64,000 nt of DNA from Selaginella moellendorffii (Eukaryota > Plantae > Lycopodiophyta). The DNA is taken from positions 1 to 64,000 of the forward strand of contig NW_003314267.1 in assembly GCF_000143415.4 (NCBI RefSeq). Reading direction: 5' to 3'. Every line of letters begins with the position of its first letter. Position 1 is the stretch's first letter. The notes beneath the pieces are model-generated. The model made no database searches. It saw nothing but the letters and a program-made list of their open reading frames with translations, and was not told the DNA's origin. Made by a program: the position numbers and the translations under genes. Of the stretch, positions 49,529 to 61,289 are shown one piece after another.

Positions 49529-50286
49529 ATGGCTTCTCTTCACAAGGCTTTCGATGGAACTGTCAAGAGGCACCCATTTTTCTTCGCGCTGCTCATACTG
49601 GGAGCCGCGTTTGGAATCGCATGGAGGCTGATTCTTCGTCCTCGACCACTTCACGTCTCTCTCCAAGTTACAAGCAAGGATTTCCTGACAAAAGTTCTCA
49701 TTTTGCTTTGATTTCTTATCTCCAGGAGATTGACATCTACCAGTGGAATCTCACGCTTGGAACTTTCAACAAGAATCAGAATTCGATCGTCTCCTCCTCC
49801 TCCAAGCTCCAGTTCCACGTAAGAAATCCTTCCTTTTGCTGGAAGATCGACGTCAAAGAGGCTCAAATACGGCTCTCGCTCCTCACTGCACACTTCAAGC
49901 TCCCTCTTGCCACTGGTAAGGTAGAGTTCTTCCCAAAAACCATCTTTTCCTTCTGGCAAAGTTCTCTTCTGTCAAGAACTTCTCTTCGATCGCAGCTAGG
50001 GGGATTTATCACTGGAGCACGCAAGCAACAAGTGGTAAGAGCTTACGTTATCGGTGATAGAGTTCCCCTGTTCTTCGACTCCAAATACATGCCACTCCAA
50101 GGCTCGCCTTTCAAGCTCCTTTTCGAGGCCGAGCTTCGTTCCAAGCCGCGATCAAAGTGGTTCTGGGTGCCTTTCGACTACAAGCACCAATTCGAGTGCC
50201 AACTTAGCTGCTCGATCAAGGAGCTGAGCCAAGGGAGAACCAAGCTTGTGATTCAAAGTAACTTGTGTGAAGAAATCTGGCGATGA
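49529..50286 (+). CDS. LEA_2 / NDR1-HIN1-like membrane protein, 3 exons
   Basis: MASLHK..TM..LILRPRP, FHVRNPS and C-terminal cysteines. Introns at about 49667-49726 and 49921-49995. Confidence 0.7.
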
Positions 50287-50395
50287 AGTTCTAACACTTC
50301 CATTCTTACACCGAAAGCCTCTATGTCCAAAGAAGAAGAAAAAAAAAAGGATCCATTATGCACACAAAAACTCACGAAACTCACGCTCTCCTTTC

Positions 50396-50950
50396 TCACA
50401 GCTTCATGAAGAGAGATGCCATCGCCATAGTTACTACTGCCACGACCCAAGCTCCGGCCTTTCTTGACCAAGCTCCAGAGAAGTTTGGATTGGCGAACAA
50501 TGGTGATGGTCCGACTATAAAAAAAACCAAGAGAAGGAATCCAAGTTAGCGAAGAATGAGAGGCAAAGAACGAAAGAAAAGTAAAAACTTACTTCCACCA
50601 AAGGATCCGCACTGAGCCGATGGCTGAAATCCTTTCACGCCGCAGAGCGATGGCAGCTCCATCGCCAAGGTGAAGTTCATATCATTGAGGATGTGCCCGA
50701 CCATACCTCCAGCTCCATCGATGAGCGTACACATACAAGGAAAGTGATCCTTGAGGACTGCATGAACTCTAACGCAGCAATCGTCCGAGGGACTATTGTC
50801 TTGCATTTGCACGAAAGGCAGGCACGGGACGAGAGTGGAGAACTCACTCTCCAGATCACACGTCTGCCCCACGAACTGTGCCTGCAAGCCTGCAGAGCTC
50901 CAAAGCAGGTGAAAACTTAAAACACTGACCATCCAGCAGAGAAGATCCAT
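50396..50950 (-). CDS. Non-specific lipid transfer protein, probably GPI-anchored (LTPG), 2 exons
   Basis: Signal peptide and 8-Cys motif C-C-CC-CxC-C-C (PCLPFV, DDCC, PCMC, LPSLC). The second exon ends in a hydrophobic tail AWVVAVVTMAMASLFMKL*. Confidence 0.88.
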
Positions 50951-51268
50951 CTTCTCTCTGTGTTCTCTCTCGCGAGTCCCGGTGATTATCGAGTACACTC
51001 CAGAGGCTCCACATACTCGCTCCTCATATACTGCAAAATGCGTCGCAATCGTAGCAATAGCAGCAAACTAGTCCTACTTTATCTACCAGAAAAAAGATGG
51101 CTTTGAAACTTCCGTTATGGATTCATGACGTGACTACTCCACTCATTGACTGATTGGTCTGGAAGGAAAAGTACCGCGCTTTAGTGCTTAGTGGAAGAGA
51201 CAGTGTCAGGGATGATTCACTGGCATACCTGTAGTTTATAGTGTTCTATAGTGTTTCCTTGATCTTCT

Positions 51269-52181
51269 TCAGTCGAAGAGAGCTCTCAGGTCTTTGGCCT
51301 CGGCCTCCATCTCGTCCATTGTCCGGTCGCGTCTCTCCTTGTCAAGGTTGAGATGGTCGTTCATTGCCTTCGCTTTATCATCGATCTGCAAGGAAAGAAT
51401 AATCAAAAGTCCCTCCCGTGTCTCTCGATTCCGTGACAGAAAAGCTGCCACTAACTTACAGCGTCGTAGATCTCATCGTTCTTCTCGAAGTCGCCGGCTT
51501 TTCGCGGGAGGACGTGGATGTGTACGTGAGGGACGGTCTGGCCGGCTTGTGGCCCGTCCTGGAACAACAAAACGAAGAGCTCTTAAAAGAGTGACTTAAA
51601 CGCAAACAAAGGTTTTGATCGATGATCATACCTGTATTGCCAAAGTTAACGAGGATGCTTTAAAGTGCTTCTCCACTTTCTCACCAACATTTCTCGCGGT
51701 GAGCCAAAGATCGCAAACTTCTTCACTGCTGAGATCAGTGAAACGAGGTACCACCCGCTTTGAGCTCACAAGAACATGTATAAAAACGAAACAAAGAAAA
51801 AAAGAAAGAAAGATCAAGGAAGACAAGTGAAACGAGCAAAGTTCTAAAGAAAGGATATGACCTGAGAAAAGAAACATCCTTTTACAAAGGAAAAAAGAAA
51901 GAGAGCAATGCCTTACCAGGAACAACGGGCTTTAGATTCACGAGAGCAAAGGAATGCTTGGAGACCAAGAACACTTCTCTGGGATCAATCTTATACGGCC
52001 CAAAGAAGAAAATTTCCTGGATCAAAGCATCGACAGTGCGGCACTAGATCGAGCAAAATAAATGCTTCCATGATCTCACCTTGTCGAATGCTGGAGACGC
52101 CATTCCCGCGATCCTCGCAGCGCCACGCCCAGGTAGCGCTTGGAAAAATTGCGAGACGAGGGAATAAAGAGCCCTAGACAT
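51269..52181 (-). CDS. FHIT: Fragile histidine triad protein (bis(5'-adenosyl)-triphosphatase)
   Basis: [58 protein letters not shown] and RTMDEM..EA. Includes a 3-nt microexon at 51859-51861. Alternative start at 52103. Confidence 0.95.
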
Positions 52182-52232
52182 GGCCGTTTGAGTAGAAATA
52201 AAATCGCCCCAAGGTTTAGGGTTTATCGGGCC

Positions 52233-55200
52233 ATGAAGGGAAGCTGGAGGGCGGGAGCAGCGGTGGGGCACCGGATCGCGTCCTATGTGTGCCCGCAGCT
52301 CCAAATCCAATCGCCGCCTTCTCCCACTCGGGTAATCTCCATTTCCTTGCGAGAATGCCACGTTGATCGTCGTTCTTTCACCAGTGGCGTCGTCACATTG
52401 CTACTTCCAGGAGCGCCCGGCAGCAAATCCTTTCCGAGGCATCGGCTCCATGGCGCGAGTCTGCGGGTAAGAGATTTTTCTTGCTAAGAACCTCTTGTTA
52501 GTTTGAGTTGTTTTCTTCCAGCAAAAATGCTAGTGTTTGAAGAGTCTGTGATGATCGGGCCGGAGCTTTTAACTTTTGAGACTGGAAAGCTCGCGCAGTT
52601 TGCCGCTGGAGCAGTGGTCTGTGGAGCTGGCGAAACCAAAGTTTTGGTCACTGTTGTGTCCGACGAAAGGCTCGATGCGGGTCGGGATTTCATGCCTCTC
52701 CAGGTTTGATCTTCTTTTGTTTTTCTGTTCATAATCTCTCTCTTTGTCAGGTGGAGTATAGAGAAAAGTCTTATGCACAGGGAAAAATTCCAAACACTTT
52801 CATGCGTAGGGAGGGAGCACCAAAAGAGAGGGAGCTTCTTTGCGGTCGTGTCATTGACAGATCGATTCGGCCTCTCTTTCCAAAGGGCTACTACTTCGAA
52901 ACCCAGGTTTTGTTTTTCCTTGATGTGTCTCGTTTCTGATTTTCTCAAACTAAACAGATAATGGCCAATGTCCTTTCTTCAGATGGGGAGCAGGATCCGG
53001 ATATACTCGCAGCTAATGCAGCCTCGGCTGCCTTAGCATTGTCTGATGTACCTTGGAATGGTCCTATTGGAGTAGTACGCATAGGACGTGTTGATGGAAA
53101 GTTTGTTGTTAACCCCGACATGGACACGGTATTGTTTTCTCATTTTTTTTCTTTAGCCATTGAATTGCACGTTAAAATTGTCTATTGTTTCAGCTCAGCG
53201 GCAGTGACCTTAATTTGATATATTCATGTACAGCTGAAAGGTCACTTATGATCGAGACACAAGCGCGAGAAATAACAAATAAAGACTTCACTGCTGCCTT
53301 GAAACTGGCACATTCGGAGGTACTTAATTTTCTTACAGAAAGAAAACATTACTTTACTACTCGATGCTGCAGGCTTCCAAACTGATAGAACCACAGCGTC
53401 GACTAGCAGCAAAGGTTGGAAACAGAAAACGGCCTGTACAAGTGGTAAAGGTTGATGCCCCCGTTTTAGAGAAAATCCGTGGATTATCGGAAGAACATAT
53501 CAAAGCGGTGGTTAATAACCCGACGCTTGGAAAGGTTGGATGAAAACATTGAAGCAGTTTATTTATGTTTGTTTTTGCAGTTTGAACGAGGAAAGGCTCT
53601 CGGAAAAGCAATGGAAAATGTGCAGGATATTCTCAAGAAAGAAAATGACGAGGCCGCTTTAAGCCGTTTTTCGCTTGGCTTTGACACTGTAAAGAAACAA
53701 GTAAGTCATGAAAAAAAAGTTTCAATCTCCAGTACCTAATTGTCTCCTTTAGATTGTCCGGGAAAATGTGTTTCAAAAGAACATTCGGGTTGATGGCAGG
53801 TCTCTGACGGACGTCAGGGACCTTTATTGCGAGGCCGGAATATATCCAGCACTTCATGGTTCTTCTTTGTTTTCGCGAGGGAATACACAGGTAGGCATTT
53901 CGTGTTTGTGCATTGCCTCTATCTTTATAAGGTTTTAGGTGCTATGCACGGTAACTTTGGGAGCTCCCGAAGATGCACAGAAACTTGATTCAATAGTTGG
54001 TCCTCCTAAGAAACGATTTATGGTCCACTATAGTTTCCCCCCCTTCTCTGTTAACGAAGTTGGCAAAGTAGGAGGCCTAAACCGCCGAGAAGTTGGGCAT
54101 GGTAAAGTTTTTATTTTCGAAGGTCTCATTGATATAAGCCATTTCACAGGTACTCTAGCCGAGAAGGCCTTGGTAGCACTATTGCCGCCTGAAGATGAGA
54201 ATTTTCCATACAGTGTTCGAGTGAATTCAGAAGTCATGGCTTCTGATGGCTCATCGTCAATGGCAACGGTTTGTGGAGGTAGAAACGGGTCATTGGCTTT
54301 TCATGGATTTAACTTTGGGTACAGGGAGTCTGGCTTTGATGGATGCTGGCATTCCTTTAAAGTCTCATGTGGCGGGCATCTCCGTGGGTCTTATAACGAA
54401 CGTTGATGCTGAGACTGGAGAAATAAAGAACTATAAGATTTTGACGGACATCTTGGTACGTCTTTTCCTGCCTTTCTCTGACTGTACGCTGAATCATCTT
54501 TTTCTTAGGGACTAGAGGATCACTTGGGTGACATGGACTTCAAAATTGCCGGAACAAAAAAAGGCGTGACTGCGATCCAGCTTGACATAAAGCTTCCAGG
54601 AGTGCCACTGCATATTCTTTGCGAGGCATTAGAACCTGCGTATGTTGCTCGGAAGAAAATCTTGGATTTGATGGAAAAGGAAATTTCTAAACCGCGGGAC
54701 ACTCAACGACAAGATACACCTAGAAGAGGTAATGTTTTTTCCTAACTACAGGCTATAGTTCTGTCCTTTCTTTTCCAGGAACGATAGTTATTCAACGAGA
54801 AAGCATTGGCAGACTTATCGGTCCTAGTGGTTCGAACATAAGACATTTACAATCCGTTTCAGGTACATTTGTTCTTCTATCCTTGTTCGTGCATTCAAGG
54901 ACTGTTTACAGGAGCTCGTTTGACTGTGGGCGAGGATGGAAATGTCCATATTATTTCAAGATCCGAGAAAAGCTTCAAAGTGGCGAAATCGATGGTATGC
55001 ATGTTGCGCATTCTCGTTTTTCTTTTAATATTCGTTTTGCAGATTGAAGCTCTAGTTGGACGAGAAATCATAGTCGGTGAAACGTATACGGGAACTGTTT
55101 CCGCTATAAAAGATTTTGGAGCTTTTATTGACTTCGATGGCGGGCAACAAGGGCTTCTTCATATTTCAGAAATCTCACACGAACCTGTAAGCTGTTTAGA

Positions 55201-56134
55201 AAGCCTTTCTCTTCAAGCATTACTGAACTTGTCATGTATTTCCCAGGTAACAGCTATTGCAGACGTACTATCAGTTGGACAGCAAATTACGGTACTCTGT
55301 ACAGGACGAGACTTCCGTGGAAATCTGAAGTTTTCACGTAAAGCAGTGATAAATAAAGCTAGTAAGTTGAACTTTAGATTTTTGTTAAGATCTGACATTT
55401 TTCCTACTGAAGATGCAGAAGCTACTACTACGATTCCAGTTCTTGCGAAAGTCACACAAGCAATCACACAAGCAAAGAAATCATCACAAACGTTCGATCT
55501 AACTGCCGAGAGGATTACTGCGGTGTTGACTGCTGGAAAGACCCAACTGCAGCAATCCGGGGTAGAAAAACGTCAATCAGAAGACAGCCCCAGTATGTCA
55601 GAGGAAAAGAAAATTTCAAGCAAAGCCTCACCGAAGAAGCTGGCAAAACCTGGTGCTGAAAAACAAGAAAAAGAGAAGACAAAGAAAGACGAACCAAAAA
55701 GCTTAATGGTGAAGAAAGTCTTACATGGTGGATCATCAAAGAAGACTGCCTCAGACGCTGGTGCTGAAAAACAGGAAAAGGAGCAAACAAAGAGAAGACA
55801 GAAACAAAAGGTTGATGGAGCTGGCCATGAACAGAAGCACGAGAAAGCGTGTACGGAGAAGCAGACCACAGCGGAAATTGGTGCTATATACCATGTGACT
55901 ATCGAGCAAATCCGGAAGAGTGGTGTAGCTGTGAAAATGGAGACCGGCGCAAGTGGTGTACTTAAGACGGGAAAGGTGAGTCCAATGCTTCCAATTCACT
56001 TCCGCCCTGCTAAATTAATTTTGCAGGGAGCGAGTACATCAGACTACTCGGTTGGAGATAAGCTGAAAGTTAAATGCGTTAGTATCGCTCCAAAAGGTCG
56101 ACCAAGTTTTGAGCTAACAAAGTTGGTGCTTTGA
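52233..56134 (+). CDS. PNP2: Polyribonucleotide nucleotidyltransferase (PNPase), mitochondrial type
   Basis: Presequence-like N-terminus (..[11 protein letters not shown]), then [62 protein letters not shown] and [12 protein letters not shown] and S1 domains, a K/E-rich linker and a second S1-like domain. Many short introns. Confidence 0.96.
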
Positions 56135-56944
56135 TTTTTCAAGTCCACATTACAGGTCAGTAGCACTTTTCTTCTTGCAAATTCTCTCTAACCAGAATAC
56201 GTGATGTCACGAAGGTGCTTTACCGGGAATCTGTTGCGTCTCCAACAGGTATGGGTAAGCGTAAAGCTTGGAACTCCCAGAGCTGTAGACTTTTCTTACA
56301 CCTGCAGGGCATGGAGGCACACACACTGCATGGGAGAGACGTCTCTCCGCGTTACAGTGGGGGAGAGGCGACACATTCTCTGACTTGACTGACTGCCTGC
56401 CTGCCTGATCCAGATAAGTCTGCTTGCATCTGCACGGAGCTGAGGAGGTTCAAAGAATACCACTGCTCACCGACCTCGCAGCTGTTGCTGAGAGACTGGA
56501 ACCGATCGGGAGAATTCGCGCTCGCTCATTTAAGCAAGGTGGCAGGGAAACAATGCGCAACAACAGCACCAACAGCGACGTCGAATGGCTGCTGCGAGTC
56601 AGAAGCAACAAAAAGAAAAGCTGTACAGAACACCACAACGAGCAGCAGCAGCAGCACACGGAGCGAGCAGTCAGTGCCTCACTCTAGCGGAGACTCTGGT
56701 GGGCATCCGTTCAACTCTTTTTTTCTTTCACTAAAAAAAATCTCTCTTTGCTGCTCAGACAGACGCCGGAGAGAGACAAGGCACTTTTTCATTCATGGAG
56801 GCAAGGCCAGGGACCAGTCCAGACTCCAGAGCGGACTTTTCAAGCATTCATAATTGGGAGAATAGACCGGACGGCTCTCAAGCAAATTGCTTGTACAAGC
56901 CAATGCACAGGACAGGACGCGCCACAGGCAGACAGGAGGAGGCA

Positions 56945-57036
56945 GCGAGCAAACAAGGCAAAGCAAAGCAAGGCAAAGCAAAGGCAAAGCACAGCACAGC
57001 AACGCAACGCAGCGCAAAGCAAAGCAAAGCAAAGGC
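56945..57036. repeat. Degenerate pentanucleotide microsatellite (GCAAA/GCACA/GCAAC)n
   Basis: Directly visible. A similar GCA/GCAAA-rich tract lies at about 32105-32300. Confidence 0.8.
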
Positions 57037-57699
57037 GAGACTGGAAGATGTTGACTTGTACACTACTGCTACTGCTCCTGGCACTCCCGAGACAACAGTA
57101 ACAAGGACTGACCTTTGGGAAACTTAAACAATTGCCAGGAGGGAGGAGAAAGAAAGAAAAAAAAGATCTACAAAGCACACAACTTGGAAGGTACTACTTC
57201 TCACTTGACTGTTTCACTGTTTCTTTGATCTTGATGAGTGTTTTTCTCTCGTTTTCTTAGTGGTTTTTTAATTCCACCTATAGCTACAAGCCTCGAGGAG
57301 CTGCTCGCTGCTGCTCTCTATCAGAGGTGCGTTGAAAACACCACATTCTTTCTCCAGGAGTTTAATATTTGTACACAATGATTCTGTAAAGAGAGCTAAT
57401 GGCTTTGTTTCCTCTTGCAGGTATTTTAATCTTCTCTTTCACTGTCTGTGACTGCGAGACTGAGCGACAGAAATCAAGACTGGAAAATCATAGAAGAAAA
57501 CAGGAAGAATGGTTTTTTTTTCTTGTCCCGAGAGAGAGAGATCGATCGAGTCGTCACGGAAGAAGCCTCGACATTTCTATGGGCGCTTTTCTCGCGGAAT
57601 CCTGCCGTCGATTTGGAGGACAGACGGTGGAGATTGCGTCCCCCAGGGCAAAAAAGGGACCGGTCCCCAGCGGACGACATGGAGCCTGCAGCGCCGGAA

Positions 57700-57985
57700 T
57701 CTGCCGGTTGCTTGTCGGCCACTAGCCAGCGACCACGTGTCTCGTCAAGAGGCCGGCCACGTCGCTACGGTCCTCTTGCTCTTGACACGTCATGCGGGGC
57801 GTTTGTAATGATATGATATGTACCCATGCCGTTGGCGCCCCACATGGGCCTCATGGGCCCATGCCGCTCATGCGCATGGCATGGTTTGCATGATGGATGG
57901 GGACCCATTGGTGGGGTTGGTAGAGGGCCGGCATATCACGGGGTATCTCGATCGTTGTCGGGGAATGTCCCCGGCTGTCGGTTGA
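57700..57985 (+). promoter_or_regulatory. Candidate auxin-responsive enhancer (AuxRE and G-box cluster)
   Basis: TGTCGG at 57713. CACGTG at 57734 overlaps TGTCTC at 57738. Further ACGT boxes at about 57758 and 57786. TGTCGG, TGTCCC and TGTCGG at 57956, 57966 and 57976. Lies 1.6-1.9 kb upstream of Aux/IAA. Confidence 0.6.
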
Positions 57986-59564
57986 CGGTATATTATCGTG
58001 CCGCTTGCAGAATATTCTCCAGGACTTTGAATTTCAGTGTGGGTTTCATGATCCTGATTAAAGTGCAGGGATGGTTGGATCTGTGAGAGCTTCCCTTTCA
58101 AATGAAGGGAATCATCTTGCCAACACCCCACAAAGTACATTGAGGAGCTCTTTTCTTTTTTTTTCTTTTTTCCATCTTTTTGACCCCTCTTGTATCTCTC
58201 TTTCTTCTTCTTCTGCTCTTTCTCATTCCCACCCAAAAGACAAGAGAGTTGGAGAAATGATCAATCCAAGTCACTCAACCGGGCTCTTGCAAGACACACG
58301 GGCACACGTCCTTGTTCTTATCCTACTGTTTTCTTCTGAGGTTTCAAATTCATTAATGTGTGAAAGCATTGGCCATCAAGCTCTTTACCCCAGTCTTGGA
58401 CAAACTGATCAGACTTTGTCCACTTGAAAACAATCAAATTGCCTCCCCTCAGTGTCATAATCACTTCCACTCTTGAAATTGTTTACAATCTGGCATGCAT
58501 CTAACATCCCTAAAAGGAAAAACAAAAAAAACAAAAGAGGATATGCTGAATAGTTCAAATCCAAATCCAAATCCAAATTGGGAAAAAGAAAAACTTAACT
58601 CTATATGAGAGAGTGACACCACAAGCAAGTTTGTTCGGTTGCAAATCCCACAAAATCACAAAGATAAACGTGGAGGCAGCTTTCCATGCCAGATTTTGCA
58701 ACCTCTACTGTGATCTCATGTTGACAAGCACATGTTTTTAAAAGATTGAACTCTTATATATGTTATGTAATAGAAAACAATATAGTTATGCCAAGTTTCA
58801 CAGTTCTACTTTTTATTTTTCTTCACACATATACATGTATCATATGCACATAGCACCTAGGCTGCTGGAAATTTTGCAAGTAGGCCAAGGAAGGAATGAT
58901 CAAAGACAAAGGAGACAGACGAGTTTTCCCAGAGAAGGCCTCATGCTGAATGAACATCATTTAGTGCCTCCCAACCACCTAAAAAAAACACACAAAAGAG
59001 CAAATGGACAGAGCATGGCTACTAGAACCTCCAGAATGAGAAATGAAAAAGATTATCAGCTATAGTTACAATTTTAAATCTACTTTTTTTATTAAGAAAA
59101 TTAAAAACCGCCATCTCAAGTTTAAAACAGAGAACGAATCGTGTTTGGTTTGGCTTTGCTGTTTTCTCACGACGACAAAATGGTAGGCGTGATCTTGTCC
59201 CCTCTTTCCCGGGCCAGTAATGGACATGGACCACTTGCGGGGGTTTTTGGCCAGTGGCCAGCGGCCAATGGGCTACCATGTCATACCATTGCCATCCATC
59301 CATTCCATCATGGCCCCCACCATGGCCATGGCCATGGCCATGCCCGCACGAGCTTCATAAAACCCCCATTCCCCCATTTTAGGGCTTCCAAAGGCCTTCC
59401 GCGTTCTTCGTGAGTGTGATCTTCGTCTTCTTCGCGCTCTTGCCTCGATCGATGGGCTAAAATCCGGCACAGGAGGAGCTCTGTCTTGTTCCCTGGCCGA
59501 TCGTCAGCGCGTTTGGAGGCAACGCAGGTGAAAATCCGGGATTCTAGCGCGTGAAAGAGGGGGA

Positions 59565-61289
59565 ATGGGGGAGGATTCGCGAGCAGCGCCGGCAACGCCC
59601 GTGACGATGGCGTTTGATTCGCTCAGCCGCAGCGTGAGCTCCTCGGTGGTGACTGAGAGGACGGGCGATAGCAACGCTGGGGAGGAATGCGCGGCCGGGG
59701 CCGGGGTTTTCTTCAATGGCGCTGGCGCTGGCGCTGGAGCTGGAGCTGGAGCTAGCCGCGCCAATTCGTGTAGCAATAGCAGCAGCCAGAGCAGCACCAA
59801 GATCCACGAGCACGATTACATTGGCTCCTCGTCCATCAGCGTGGACAAGCCCGAGGATCGCTGCGGCGGGGCGGCGGGCATGGTTGAGGATCCAGATCTG
59901 AGCCTGGGGCTGGGATTGGGGCCGGCTCCGAGGAGCAAGGAGGCGCTGGACTGCGCGGGCGAGACGACGAGGGAGAGATCTCTCTTCCAGGAGGTGAAAT
60001 TGAAGCTCCCCAGCGCTGGATCCAAGAGAGGCTACTCGGAGACTGTGGAGGAGGTGGATCTCGTCAAAGGTATGGGCTCCAAGATGCTACCAGCGATGTT
60101 TCCATGGAGTAGCTCTTCCGCCAAGAACAACAACACTACCGCCGCCACCACCACTACCACCACCAACGCCGCCACCACCAAAACATGGAGGCCAATTCAT
60201 GATCCACACAGGACCACTTTCACGCCCTTCCAGAGAAAAGATTCCTCTTCGTCTCTCAGTCACTTCTCGTGCTTGAACCAAGGCGAAGAAACTCCATCCT
60301 CAAGGTACGTTTTTCCTTCTTTCTGTTTAGCCTTTCCTCCATAGCCGAATTCTCTTGAGCTCCTCCAGCAAGCTCTAGATTTTTTTCTTCCTCTCACTCC
60401 ACAGTACAGATTTTTTTCCTTTCTCTCTGAAGCTCGAAGATTTTATTTTCCTTCCTCTCACTCCACAGTACAGGTTTTTTTCCTTTCTCTCTGAAGCTCG
60501 AAGAATTTTTTTTTCCTTCTCTCGTACCAAGTTTGAGTTGTTTTTCTTGCTTTTTTGAAAGAAGTATAACTGAATATCTTATTTATTTGCAGTGGTCCGA
60601 TGGTTGGGTGGCCGCCAGTTCAATCCTTTAGGAAGAACACGTTGGTTGCACCAGCACAAACTGTAAAGCAGGCCGCGGAGCTCGCGACTCCGGATCAAGG
60701 CAGTAATGGTGGCCAAGCAGCAGCGAGCAGCAACTCACTCTTTGTCAAGGTGTACATGGACGGCCTCCCGATCGGCCGGAAAGTGGATCTGGATTCCAAC
60801 AACAGCTACGTGAAGCTCTCCTCGGCTCTCAAGGATATGTTTAGCGGATTCGTGAGCGGTGAGCTACTTTTGCTTTAGATCTGGAAAGCTTGATGTGTCC
60901 ATCGACTAACGAGTACTTTTGCTGCTTTCGCTGATCAGGCCAGCCGATGTCCAAACAAAAATCGTCTGGAGATGTCCGGAGCCTCTTTGATGGATATGAG
61001 ACGGAGTACGTCCTGACTTACGAGGACAAAGACGGGGATTTGATGCTCGTTGGCGATGTTCCATGGAGGTAAATTGTTTTTGTCTCTGGATCCCAAGTGG
61101 AGTTCTGATCTTGTCCTTCTGCTCCAGGATGTTTGCAGCGACTGTGAAAAGGCTACGGATCATGAAGGGGTCTGACGCAATTGGTCTTGGTGGTAAGTTT
61201 TGTTTTTCTTTTGCGTGCTTTTAGTCTCTGGACTGACGATGTCTTTGTTTTCTGGATCAGTTCCGAGAGAAGCCGAGGCTACAAGCTGA
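59565..61289 (+). CDS. IAA: Canonical Aux/IAA repressor, 5 exons
   Basis: HDYIG, EAR motif LSLGLGL, KR motif SKRGYSE and degron VGWPPV.SFRKN. PB1 domain [33 protein letters not shown] and KRLRIMK. Stop TGA at 61287-61289. Confidence 0.97.
60378..60523. repeat. Intronic tandem repeat, about 63-bp unit, about 2.3 copies
   Basis: CTTCCTCTCACTCCACAGTACAG.TTTTTT.CCTTTCTCTCTGAAGCTCGAAGA occurs twice, plus a partial third copy, in Aux/IAA intron 1. Confidence 0.9.

Noticed and set aside
26580-52181. ATP sulfurylase and FHIT (which can act on adenylylsulfate) as a metabolic cluster
   Set aside because: They are 23 kb apart with many unrelated genes between them. No evidence of linkage.
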